A stretch of DNA of 56,718 nucleotides, counting the filler, from Sluysia triapertura (Eukaryota): NCBI GenBank assembly GCA_046118255.1. It is 4 parts of 4 records of this genome, joined end to end, with 100 filler letters (N's around TTAATTAATTAA, not from the genome) between each part and the next. Parts side by side here need not be neighbours in the genome. Positions count along the whole stretch, not along the records: positions 25,695 to 44,141 come from JBJNIA010148608.1; 3 more parts are not named here. One strand, written 5' to 3'. Below are positions 25,595-39,300 of the stretch, in pieces (position 1 is the first letter of the stretch; the number at the start of each line of letters is the position of its first letter). The translations under genes and the position numbers were made by a program. Under the pieces are notes generated by a model. It was not told where the DNA came from and made no database searches. It saw nothing but the letters and a program-made list of their open reading frames with translations.

Positions 25595-25694
25595 NNNNNN
25601 NNNNNNNNNNNNNNNNNNNNNNNNNNNNNNNNNNNNNNTTAATTAATTAANNNNNNNNNNNNNNNNNNNNNNNNNNNNNNNNNNNNNNNNNNNN
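25595..25694. other. Assembly gap with artificial linker
   Basis: 44 N + TTAATTAATTAA + 44 N. Confidence 0.95.
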
Positions 25695-25979
25695 AACCAC
25701 AAATAACATTGTATATACTCATAGCCGTTGCTACTTCACAGCCTTCTATTCACCTTACGTATCTTTTATTCTATTTTATTATTTGTATATGTAAGAAATT
25801 AGTAAGATACGAAAGAACAGATCATGTAATAAGACAAAAATAAGGATTTTTATGCGTTTCTTTTTAATAACAATAATAACAACAGTATTATTACTGTTGT
25901 TACTATTGTTATTATTATCTCTTTTTATCATTATCATTTTATTATTAAATCATGTGAATAAGATTTAGTCACTTTTATT

Positions 25980-27450
25980 TGGTTACCGCCATCATCAGTA
26001 ATACTTACTTTGATTAAAAACGTCCAGACTTTGACAGTACTGATGATGGCAGGTATATTCTATCTACATCAATTTATACACCCAATCAGAATGATCATCA
26101 ATAATTACAATTTCAAAACTCTGATTGGGCAAACAACTTAGAGCTTAATTTAGAATCAAAATTACAAGCAACACCAGACACAACAACATTGCACAAAATT
26201 TCATTTTCATTGGCCATTATAATTACTAGCATTTCCTTCATACAATCCGAGCTAAAAATAGTTTCGTACATTTGATTGGAGCAGGGAATAGAAGAGAGCA
26301 AAGTCAGTATTGGCTACTAAAAAATTATTATCATAGTAATAAACAACTAACCTCATAAGTTGGATAAAGTACAATTTCACAATACTACGGATTTACTCAC
26401 AATTACGTTCATAGATCAATCAATAAAATTTTTTTGGTATTATTATAACTTTTATTTGGAAAAATATTCATAACAACTAAAAAAACAATCAACAAGAATA
26501 TTGGCAACAAAATTTCACAAAGTTTTTATACTTTTATCTATATCAAATATGAACTATCTGAGTGATGTTGTTCAAAGCAATTCCATATCAGCTTATGGTA
26601 ATTTGAAGTCATATATTAGGAATAAATTCAATACATCTAAAACTGACGCTCTTTTGCAGCATGTTAAGCAGTTGACAATTTCTAACGTAAAAGAAAATTG
26701 GATATATGTTTCTAACCAGTTTATTGTACATAACTCGTTAAAGATAAATGCTTCAATTTCATCATCGGATGTACAATTAAAATCAAGTTATCTGTTCAAT
26801 AACAAAAATTTAAGTCAATATAAAGTCAATATTAAATTTAAGGATATGACCAATATATGCAGTGTTATATATATTTATTATGACCCTATTCCTGATGATC
26901 CTAGTCAGTCGACTGATTTAGAAGAAGAAAACTTAGTACCTTTAGATATCAATGATGCAATAATGAAAAGTTCAAGAACCATTCATGTGCTACAATATAT
27001 TAAGAATGAATTTAAATTTTCTAGTTCTGTAATTTCGAATAATGATGATATAATGCTGAAGGCACTTTTGGATGGTACATTTCGTGTAGATCAGGTTCCT
27101 GACGCGATTAGTTTGAATATTGGTGAACTTACTCAGGTAACGTGCTACAGATTCGCCTCGAATTTGATGAAGGCACTTTGGGATGGTAAGTTTCTTGTAG
27201 CCATATCCGACAAATCTCAAGATACTACAAGTAATACTTCGACATTAAATTTTATTTATTATTTTACTTATAACGATTATTTCTATATTATTTATTATAG
27301 TGTTAACTATTTGTTCAAGTACGAAAATGGAATCTGGGATGAAGGAAGACTGAATCTTACATATTTTTAGATAACTTACAAAACTCAATAAATTATAATC
27401 CTCTATGTGTTTATGTCTTCTATTTTTATGATGCAAAGCTAAAAAAACTG
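25980..27450 (+). pseudogene. Orphan membrane/env-like ORF, copy D (289-aa open segment 26501-27370)
   Basis: Long intronless ORF with broken 5' extension (STDDG...TTTLH). Distal hydrophobic MCLCLLFL*CKAKK in another frame. Confidence 0.45.
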
Positions 27451-28339
27451 TAATAAATTTAAAATAATTTCATTTTATAAAATTAAAACCATAAACGAAT
27501 TATTTATGAATGTAGGTCACATATCAGAAGCAATTATGGAGCGTAATTTTAATTACTTTGTCATCAAAATAATGTATAAACGGACGATTATGTTCCATGA
27601 AATTTCAAAATTGTCGATCCAGTTCAGTCTAAAATTAAAATATTTGAATTATTAAAATTTGATAACAATATAAATAAATATAAGTCTTTGAAATATAAGT
27701 TTCACGAATATTACTATATCTTATACAAATTAACGCCCTCAAAATCTTTCATAACCTTAAAACATTATTCAATCTACAACAATAAATCATTAATAACAAC
27801 ATTACCCTCCATACTTCACTCTTCTTAATAGGTCTTTAATCCACGATCTTCCAATATTCAAATGTCGTTCTCAATCAAGAACTTAAATCACCATTTAAGA
27901 ATCCATTCTAACATTCTCCATTTCATTAAACGACATACGTCTACTATCATACCTTTAATCGTTAATTACACATATAAATTCACTTAAACCAATCTCTCTT
28001 CAGATATTTAAGTTTTAAATATATTCAAATTCATTGCAATATGTGTAGAAATCAAAAGGATTCAAAGGAAGATCGTGTACAGTTTTAAAGAATTCAGTAA
28101 TTTATGTAATTTAATAACCAGAATAATTTTTACACTGTTTCTTTGTCGTTATTATTACAGCATTTAATTCGAGAATCTTTTATTTAAAATATGTCAAGAA
28201 TCAAAGAAAGAAACAGAAAGTTTATGTTCGTTAAGGTACAAGAAATTTATGTATTTTTTAATTATTTTCAAATAAAATAACATTAACAATAACAAAATTA
28301 TGTATTATTAATGTTACAAAAATTTATAACTTAATTTAG

Positions 28340-29900
28340 TATCTACCATCACCAGTATTGACACTACTCACTACAGAAAATACATTTGTGTCAATACTGA
28401 TGATGGCTAATCATTCAGCATAACCACACTATCAAATCACTCTGTCAATTTTCCAAATTTGCTCACATATTACTGGCCATCCAACCAGAATGATATTTGA
28501 TACTTTGCAAACAAACATTCCTGGTTGGATGTTGGTGTGTACCGATCATCTGGCCCACAAAAATTAATGCTAAGAAAATAAAAATCATAATTTTTAACAA
28601 AAGTAGAGAGAAAGTAAAACTTTAATAATTCCAACTCAATACCAATTGATATGTTTTATTTACGACTTCGAAACATTTAGTTTAGTTGCAAAAGTGATAA
28701 CGTGACAATTAAAAATGATGGATCTAACTTGTATAGTCTACTAGAAATCAGCCAGTATTTTAGTGATACCTTATTTATTGGATCTTACAATGAAACATTT
28801 TGGTTTAATGATTTAAATAGCGTGTGCACCATCGTAAAACTGTTACTGCTACTAATATTTTATTAGAAAATCAATGTTCGAAAGATTATAAATCAATATT
28901 GATATCGAAGTACCATGTGGATAAGAATCATAATGATTCACTCACTAGAAATCATAACCAAATTCAGAAGCAGAGTTTAGATCGTTTATATTTAGTACTC
29001 CAATTCCAATTATATTACGGCCGTTACTCTTTCCGGAATGTTATGATTTTATAAATACATTAGAACGTATTTCTTCATGTGAATATCTAATAAAATCTAA
29101 TTACAATAATCGATTTAGTGTTATGAACTTACAATTATATCTATTGAGTTATTTTATGAATTTAATGTATGATCTAGTTAAAAAGCGTAATAAGTATACC
29201 TCACTTAAACATAATGAAAAAGGAATTCTATTTGTTCAGTCAATTCCACATCAATGGCTTCTTATGTTTGATCCGTCGCATTACTATCAATCATTTGCAC
29301 ATGTTGAAATTAATTTAGTCAATACAGGGATAGTTCCAACATCAAAACCGAAATTAAAAATTATCAAATTAATTCAAAATAACGGTGAATTTAGAGGCCA
29401 TGAACTTTTTAATCTCAATAACCACCATCCAAAAACATTTTTATGTGCAGAATGTGAATTATCAGAATATATACTCATCATCCGACTTTATAAATGTCTG
29501 GAGCAATTTACGAGTTTCTGCGATGTTAAACAGTTAAAAAGACTTGCTCATACATGTTCAGCAAACAACGATTTTAAATGTCACGGTAGACTAAGTGATA
29601 CCACGATAGAATACAAGATTAATGTTAAAACAACAATTGAGTCTCTGGAATTTAAAAAGGCATTAAAAAGTATGTAATTGGTCAAGTAATAAAATTCATT
29701 TGTAATAATCAGAGTTCCAAAAATGTAAATTCTTATTTTATTCAAAATTATTATAAATTATATGATTATTTTATTTCAGATGATCATTCTAAGACAACAT
29801 GATGACTCCAGAATATAGTGATGAAAATATTAGTTTATAAATTTAGATTAAATAAAAATTTCATAATTGTCTTTGCATTCATTATTTATTTGAATAAGTC
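28340..29900 (+). pseudogene. Orphan membrane/env-like ORF, copy E (184-aa open segment 29123-29677)
   Basis: 5' end NTDDG...ITTLSN parallels copy D and shares its hairpin. Cys-containing distal segment; hydrophobic FIIVFAFIIYL near 29860-29890. Confidence 0.4.
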
Positions 29901-30199
29901 ATCTAATAATTTCAAACATTTCGAATTAAATGAATACAATATTGATGGTAAGAAAAAATGTCCGAATTTAAATCTCAAATTATTTAAAATAAGCATATTT
30001 TCATTAAATTAGTTTCACTTTAAAAGAATAATTTTACTAAGTTCAAAAACAACTCCACTAAAAGAATTATACATTGTAACATTATTAACTTAACAAATTT
30101 TCAGTATTCCTATACAAAAAATTTAACCTTCATTATAAAAATGATAATCATAATAAAACGCTGTAAAAGAAATTTCCTTATTCAATACCACACTTTTAA

Positions 30200-31024
30200 T
30201 ATATGAAAGCTTGCTGTACTGAGCACTTTCGCATTTATATTTCTAATTGTTCTATTACCAGAACATTGCTTTAATCGGCAGTTTTTTCTCTTTTTGAAAA
30301 GTAAGTGATTTTGTATTTGTTGAAGATGTCGCCGTATTTGTAGTTCTTTCTTGGAATTTTTTATACTCATCTGCGAGTTCTTCTCCTAAGTGAGATAAAA
30401 ATTTATCCGTGAAATATTTTCACTTGTCGTTTCATTTCCATGAAGGAATTTTGCCTCATGGCGTTCGAAAAAAATAAAGGATCCAATTTCTTCTTCCATA
30501 AAAATGATGCGTGACATTTTCTTGCTCATATGAACCACGTATGTATAAAATAGCTATAAATTCATCTAATTTACCTCTAGATAAACTCCATTCTTTTCCA
30601 AAAACTTTTCGTAATTCAAATTCCGTTCATTTTAGAATGTTTCCATAATATAGTTGTCAAATAGTAAATGAAATGCTGTGCTTACCTTACCCTTTGTAAT
30701 ATTTCTTTTGGCATGTCCAGTTGATAATAATATGAAAAGGTGGTCTTCATATGTTTCTATCTTCTTCCACCTACAGCACTTTCAGTATTCTCCTGTTCAT
30801 TATTTTCTTCACTGTCGCCTTCAGAATCTGTCAGCAACCTAATATTCTTTCGTCTTCTACTTGCATTCAAAATATCTTCCTCTTATTTTCACATTTGCTA
30901 TCTTTATCGATTTCATGGTCAAATCGGAAAATTCAGATTGTGAATCTTCATCAATCTGAGTGCATTTTTCACTTATATTATTTATTTCTTGCAATACCTC
31001 TTTCATATTTGAAATTCTGGACAT
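30200..31024 (-). mobile_element. piggyBac (PGBD4-like, DDE_Tnp_1_7) transposase remnant, catalytic core deleted
   Basis: Acidic N-terminus; TGHAKRNIT / GKVSTAFHLLFD / EWSLSRGKLDEFIAILYIRG / FLWKKK..PLFFS; jumps to ISRINF/LGEEL and C-terminal KRKNCRLKQCSGNRT. Confidence 0.85.
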
Positions 31025-33311
31025 CCTTATGATTATATATAAACTAATCCATAAACTTCCAGTTAGATAAAAAATAAACTAGCCAGTATTATAAACACTC
31101 CTATTGACGCACCTGAAATGGTAATTTTAAAAATTTTACATGATCGCAAATTTGATGTCACTGCGAAGGGAATGCCAAATAAGTTATTTTTTATTTTTAG
31201 TACTTATCATTTCAATGATCTGCAGTAAAATGCAAGATTGTGTTATATTTTTTATAACAATTATAAAATTTAAACGGGTTCGTCTGTAGTCTACGATTTA
31301 GAACGTGCAGTAGACGTAGCTACAGATATAAATGATTTCCTTGTAAATGCAAAAAAATGTTTCTTTTATATTTTCTATGTATGTGTGATTATTCCTTACT
31401 CTTCAGTAATCGTATATGTATATGTACCCAAAATCTTTTAATTTAGTATGTAACCTTTAAAACACAATTTACGTACAAACTTTAAATAAACTTATACTTC
31501 CCTTATCAAAATACTTCTCACGAAGGGTCTCTTATTACTTATCAACTTTAAAAATAAACTCAACAACTGCACATATATATTAAACAAAGGTTATAAACGT
31601 TATTCCAAAAAATATCATACACAACAGATAATAATAATAATATATAATATATAAAATATAAACAGTTTACAAAATTAGAAGATTTCTCTTCTTTATTAAT
31701 ATATTGTAAGTTAATAAAGTATTTTAACCCAGGAAATATTCTTGGGTGTAATGTGCTAGATTTTAAGTAATATTTTATAGCTAGCTATTGAAGCTACACT
31801 TAAAAAACTATTATCTTACTTTAACTTTACGATAGCAAAAATGTCCTGATCAAATATCCAAAAAATTAGTTCGGTGATAGTTCAATTTCTCAATTTTATT
31901 GTAATGATGAAATTCTTATATATCGTTGTGCTTGGTGGACCTTGCTCCGACAATAAATTTTATATTTTGTACTTTGAATTAAATAAAAATAATTATTTAA
32001 TGAATAATATACTTTGTTTTGAACTTTGAATATAAATAGTTCTTTAATGAATAATAAATGAAAATAAACAATAAGATTCGGTCCAAAGTCTAATGATAAT
32101 TATTAATTATTAACTTGAAAATAAAAATTTAATTTAATTTATTGAATTGTTCATTATAATCTTTTAAAATAATATTATTTATATCGTTAATTTCACTTAT
32201 TTACAAAATTTATACCATTACTTTTCAAAATGCATATGATTAATTTTATTTACATAATATAATGATTTGTAGAGTATTATTTGTGGTTTATGTAGGAAAG
32301 TAACAATGAAGTGAAAAGGTTGAGTATGAAATTTTATAAATGTTAAGGATAACAAAATTATTATTGATAAGCGTGACACCACACGAAGCACTTAAAAATT
32401 AGTTATTTTAACTAGTTTTTATAATTTAAAATTTAATTTAACTATTTTCGATGTTTCAGTATTAATAAAGTATATATTAAATTGATGTTTATAAAGATAC
32501 TAAGCCAAATATTTATTAAACGTTTTAACCTATTTTCTATACATGAACTGGACAGTACCCAGACCACAATAAAAACTCAATGCTCATTAACCACTAATAA
32601 GTACCTTAACAATAAAATTTAATCCGATTTCTAAAGAATTGTAAGATTCAATAAGTGTTTGCCACCACTGTACTGCCTTATAACAGCAAAAGTATATAAT
32701 TTTCTTCTATTCTGTTTTTTGTGTTCAATAATAGAAAAACTTGGTTCCTTTTTTCCAGGTAGTCGGAACTCGACTTAATTATTGAGCATGTAGACAAGAT
32801 ATGCTTGCTTCGTAGAGTCGGTTTTATACCGACCAATTTTATTAATCAAATCTAAACATAAATTTCGGTCTTAATATTATCCAGCAATTATCCAAAGATG
32901 AGTTTTGTGGCAAACAAACTCTTATCTTTGGAAAATAATAAAATTAAAAGTTAAGATAATACTTATCAATACAATACATTAACTTAAATTGAGAATAAAT
33001 CCAAATATAAAACTTGTCTTCAGTAATGACTTTTGATATAATAATCATTTAGAATGATCTTTTAATGAGCATTAATTTGATATATATTTTTATTATATAT
33101 GCTTTATGATATAGTACACTTTATCATATTGTATGCTTTTTATTATATACTTTTTTTACATTGCGATATCCTTTCGGTCACTTTATTTTCGGATAACCCC
33201 AACATTTTGATAAATACCAACTTCAAAGTAAAACAGCAAATGATATAATGATGAAAATAATTAAATAAGGCACAACAAAAAATGCATCGCAGCAGCGCAA
33301 ACATTTCATCA

Positions 33312-36300
33312 CTAAGCAACGGTAATTAGTGTTACATTGTCACTAGCACCTGTATGGCACATTCCACCGACCATAATAATACCCCCACCATCTCCAAATT
33401 CTTCAGCATCCACTCTCATATCTACGAAACAGTTTCCAGAAGCATGCATCACTGGAAGTTCATCTGGAATCAGCGACCATTTATTTGTTGTGACCTCCAA
33501 TTTCTCGACCGATTTCGGTACAGACGGCATGCTACCTGAATTAAATACTACTATTATTCGAAATAACGATAATTATTATCTGTGAATCTGTGGATGTGTT
33601 AATACAATAATTAAATATTGCTACAAATTTAATTTACAAATGAATCAACAGTAATACAACATGTTGGGATGCAGATCTAAGTGCTATAGAATAATGATAG
33701 TGTAATTAACTATAATAAAACAAAATTGTTAGACGGGGCTGATAGCTCAGTGGGTAGAAAAGGCCGGGCTAAATTCCCGGTCAGTCCACTTTATGAAGTG
33801 CAACAAAAATACGAAGCAGTAGCATACAAATAATTATAATTGAAATGTATAGTTATAAAATAGATAAAACATGTGAACGTAAGAAAATTATCCTAGAATA
33901 AAATGTACGAAAATGAAAATTCAAAAGAATATGTTCCAAGTCCTTAAGCCCTTTGCTCGTCAATTGTTACACGGGCACCAATCGTGTTAGAGAATTGGCT
34001 CAACACATGAGCATGGTCACATTACTGCAAGAAAAACACCACGCATATGTTAAATTCCAATGATGAGTTTCACTCGTCAAATATACCCAGTGGGTTAATG
34101 ACTAAGAAAATATAGTATTTATTCTGAGTAGCTTTTTATTTCATTCAGATCAAGCAGCTCTGTGTAATGGTGTCGTCACACTCAGAAACCATGGTGTTTG
34201 TTATTCAAATATGTACACCAATCATATGACTGGGAAATTAATAGTGAACCTGCTCAAATCACATGTAACATATTCTGATTTACACTCATTTAGGTAACCC
34301 TTATTTAATCTTTGTAGCAAGTCATTGTCACTATAACAGAGCATTGTCAAATGTTTAATTTAAACTTTCGATAATAAAAAATTAAAAAAACAATTAATAC
34401 CGTGTTCCAGAAAATAAGACAGGGCTTACATTAAATTTCACTTCAAAATATGACGGTAGGGCTTATTTTGGGAGTTGTCCTATTTTCATCTATCGAAAAA
34501 CAAAGTTACAAAGTAGAGATAATTATGAAATTTCTAAATGTACAAAAAAACATTAAAACCGATCTACATTTAGTAAGGAATATCACGTTTCATGTTTAAA
34601 AACACCGCAAACTATAAATAATTCAAACGTTTTTATGTCACTATGAGCATTCTTAATTTAACTTATTTTTGATATTTTAAGTCGTTTTCATTGATATTGT
34701 GCGACAAAGGAGAAATGCTTTGATAATTGCTAATAAAATCTTACTTGGAGGATTGTCTTGTTATATTCAGTCACATCAGAAAATGAACCAGAATGCTTTG
34801 ACAATGAAAGTATTGTAATTTAAAATGTAACTCTTATTAGGTATCCTAATCGGCTATCAACCAGGTCTTGTATTCTGGAAACACGGTATGTACTTGCTTA
34901 TTTTCAAAGAAACAGTATAGATTCTTTTTTGTATAACTTACTACTACTAAAAGAATCAAAGAAAAACTAACTAACATGTAATAAAGAAATTAAGTACCAC
35001 TTCAAATCATGTTTTCATTGGCAATCTCTCATTGACCAATAGGAAGATTCAGTATCTTGTCTCAATTTATCAAATGAAAGATAAGTAGTTTCGACTATGT
35101 TTCATTATTGTTAAAGATACGATTGAAGAGCATCTTCCTCCATTGAGACATGAAAACCTGGATTTATAATATAAAGAATTTGTGATTATTGATTGAAGAA
35201 ATGGAGGTACTTAAATTAAATTAAATTTTTATTTCTATTTCGGATTTAGACCATTATGACAGAAAGGATCAGTGGAAAATGCACGAACTAATGTTATCGT
35301 ATCTTCCAGGGTTTAGTTCTGCTGATTAGAACGATAAATAAGCAACAGTAGTAAAGATATTATATCACGACTCTAGAAAATAAGGACATCGGACAATTCG
35401 TCTTTCTTCTTAACAATTTAGAGTTTAAGACCACAGAAAAACAAGAATTTCTTGTGAGTTCACATCCACACAGTTTGGCCAGAGTGCATGACTGTCGGCA
35501 AAATTATCTAAGAATAAATACATGTATCCACACGTTGTGACTGCAGTACCGTCAACAGTTAAGATGACATTCGATGTTGTGCGACGAATAGTAAAATTAG
35601 TAAAACGAATATCAATTAAGAATGAAATTGCCTTTCGAAATTCATGTCTTCCCTGTTGCTTATTGAGAAATTCACTGGAATTCCCTGTGCTACCACCGTC
35701 TAATCACGAAATTATACTCTCTTTTAGGATAGCATTATTTTCATCGTCGTACTTAAGGCTTCATCTGGATATTTATGCTAGTAGAGGATTGGAACTCTAA
35801 ATCTTGTCCGATAGAAAATAATATTTATTTAACCAATAAGGAAAACATATAAATTGAGAAATACAAACAAAACATCATCTTTTGTCGCCCACTTCTCTCT
35901 TCATCATCAACAACGAAATTACCAACAATTAATTTTGCAATTATTCGCTGACAGTTTCTCGCAGACACAGTACCGGTGCCAAGCACGGAGTTAATCTTCT
36001 GCTCAATTGCTCGCGCATTCATTCCATATTTCCACAAAAAGTACGTCAGCTTTTTCAAGTCTACCATGTGGCACAAAATAATATTTTTTAAATGATAGTT
36101 ATCTGAAGCAATTAGGGTAAGGTTGCTGTATAAAACTTAGGATTTATCAAATAAATAGAAAATAAATGTGTTGCTCAACACTGTTAATATTGGTATTATG
36201 TATTATAACTAAATTAGAAAAATCTATATGCTTTCACTTAATAAACTCATTCTTTAAAAACTTACTTCGGTACAACTAAGTCAACTTGTTTCTTAAATCG

Positions 36301-39300
36301 TACCACCTTTCTGAGCAATTATTTTGGATGGTTTGAAACAATGGACAATCTTGTTTCATCAACGCTATATATCTGGTCAGCAGTGAAGTTGTATTCATTT
36401 AATATAGAATCGTATTTATCAAAGAATCCACAAACACTTTCTTTATTGAAAGCCTTGGCTCTGGCCATTGATGTTGCCACTTCTTTCCTGCAATTTGTTT
36501 TTCTTTATTGAAACAGTGCGGTAATTTATACTTTTCTGCCAAGTGAAAATAAATTCTTCTTAGATCAGTTGCACTAAGCCCAAAAAGCTTGATTCTAAAC
36601 TAAGAACATGTGTAACCAACTCCTCCATGTTTTCAGTCATATCCTTAGGCCTTCCAAATTTGACATTTTTATTTAATCCTTTAAAATGACGCCGCAACGT
36701 TGGTTTAAGGATATTATATTGTCTATGAGCTTCATTGAATCCAATAACGCCTCGTCCATATCTTCCTGTTTCCATGCATTATACATTTGTTTTGACTGCC
36801 TTGACATAATTAATTATAAGATAGAAATTAAACATTTAAAAATGATTTAATAATGCATTTAAACTAAATATTTCTTCATAAAACATTGAAATTTTTTAGA
36901 TTTACAGACGATTGAGGATGTTTTGTTTATGTTTCCAATTTACACATTGTCTTTATTAGTTAAATAAATATTATTTTCTACCGGACAAGACTTTCGTTCC
37001 AATCCTATATTTATCAATTTATTTTCAATCTGAAGATCTGTTCCGTCAGAAGTTTGCTAATTTAATGACTTTTCAAATTCGTCGATAAGCATTATTAAAT
37101 ATTATTCATCACTATCTAGCCAAAGAGCTGCGGATTCTATACGGTCTTGACCTAACATAGATCTTATTCATAGTCTTATTATTCGTCTAATTTTGTTTTA
37201 TATTTATCTAAGGAAAATAAAATATTCGATTCACACAAAACAATAACATTCGAACTAACCTATGCCACCACATACATACAACTCTTTTTCAGTGCAAAAT
37301 AGTCCGAAATCGGCTCTAGGCTTCAGCATATTCGACATTTTACTCCATTTACCTGACAATAATTATTAATAAAATTAAGAGAACAGATCAAAATTATCTT
37401 AAAATTAAAATTAACAAGTTTTTATATAATGTCTTAATACGATCCAATTATTCCGAAAATTCGTTTAACACGAAGTAGATCGATTGTACGAGTTATTTTC
37501 TATTTTCTATTGTTTTCTTTAATCTACTGTGTCGTCCGATTATTATCAATCGATGTGCCTTATCAATGCGACAATGAGTTGTGAGGTACACATCTTCAAT
37601 ATTTATTATTTCCAAACTTCTAATAGTCAATCATGCTGTTCTTTATCTAGTTCTAACCGAAAATAGGTACATTATTCAACTACAATACAGTCAGTCAATT
37701 GTATGAATAAATATGACTCATTTTATTCATGAATACATGCGCAATCACTACTACTTATCATTACACTACTATGCAACAGATGGTATTGCAGATGCCTCAG
37801 TGCACATTGTAAAGATATCCTACGATATATTCAATTAAAATAAATAAATAAATGTTCAACAAACAAATTCGAAGATGACAAGCCTCTATTTCGGACCAGT
37901 ATTTATTTAATCGATGAATCTATGAAAGATCCAATTAAATCCAATTAAAATTTATTCATTTATCCTAAGCCGAGATATAATGGTCCCAGAGTGTTTATTT
38001 TTGTTAGTATGTCAGTGAAATTAATAAATTAAATTCAAAATGAAAATTGGACTCGAGGTCCTGCATCATGTTATTTAATATAAAAATTAGTAAGAAGTCG
38101 TAAAATTTATCATAAATCATAGAAAAAGCACCAATTTGCTCCCACATTCGTGAATTAATTACAATTATATAACCGCTAAAGTTTACTGAATCATTAATTG
38201 TACTAAAATTATCCAATGTTTTAAAGTCGCAACCATAAAATTGCATACTCTGGGAGAACGAGAAAGATCATCTAATCTCGTTTGACTTTCTCGCAACGGT
38301 CTCATAACATTAAAATAATCAGCTAGACGTCTGTGATAATCTTTAGAACAACCATGGACATTGCGTATTACGTGAAAGTAATTCCGTACAATATTTTCAT
38401 TTGACGAAAATTTATCATCGTTTACAAACATGGTTATCAAGTCGAATGGCATCGATAAGATGACAGAAGATTTTTAATAAGTAACATAATTTGAAATTTA
38501 AGCGAAAGTTTCATAAAAAGAAAAATTATAAAGATTACACAAGGAATGATATAAGATAAATAGGATAAATAAATAAATATAAGAATAATAGTCCGTCTCG
38601 TAAATCTCCGACAAGATCCGAAGACAACTAACTAGTTTGGAAGCATCGCACGAAACTTTATTATCTTCTCCTGAAGTTTGCAGTTTTCTAAATTCATTCC
38701 TACGATCGGCGTCACTTTCGAGACTGTTTGAAAATGAGCTTAAATCTCTAAATCCGTAATTTTGATGGCAACATCAATCAGAAATCTTTCTCTTTGAAAG
38801 TGAAGTATGGTATAATAAACTAGCTTCTTTCTTCCATATAACTTTAACATTTTTTAACATTCAAAAATTTTTAAAACATTTAACAAAGCATTGAATATTG
38901 AAACAAAAACTGTGAAACATCACAGTCACATAAAGATATTAATATTTTATTTATGGATACAAGTATCTACATCACCTGCAAAATTTGATACGTGTACAAA
39001 TAATTTTGAAATAGATAAAATGTGAATGAAACAGAGTAATTAAATGGATATAATTCGTAAGAATTGGAATTTTAACTTGAACTGAAAATCATTCTTTACA
39101 TTTCACTGACATTTCGTTATGTGGATGATCAGTCCTGAACACAACGCTGAAGAATTCGAAATGGTTGTGTTTATAATTTTCAAGAATTGACTTCGCGTTA
39201 AGTCATTGAGATATATTTTATCTTCATCGTATCACGCATTCGTACTCATGTACAGTTTGTATTTACAAATTTTGCTTCTAAATATCCTTCAGTAAATCCA

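Noticed and set aside
33337-33585. Antisense ORFs over real exons or TE ORFs (also 30740..31032, 54904..55170, 55601..55854)
   Set aside because: Shadows of Kelch, piggyBac and Mieap coding sequence.
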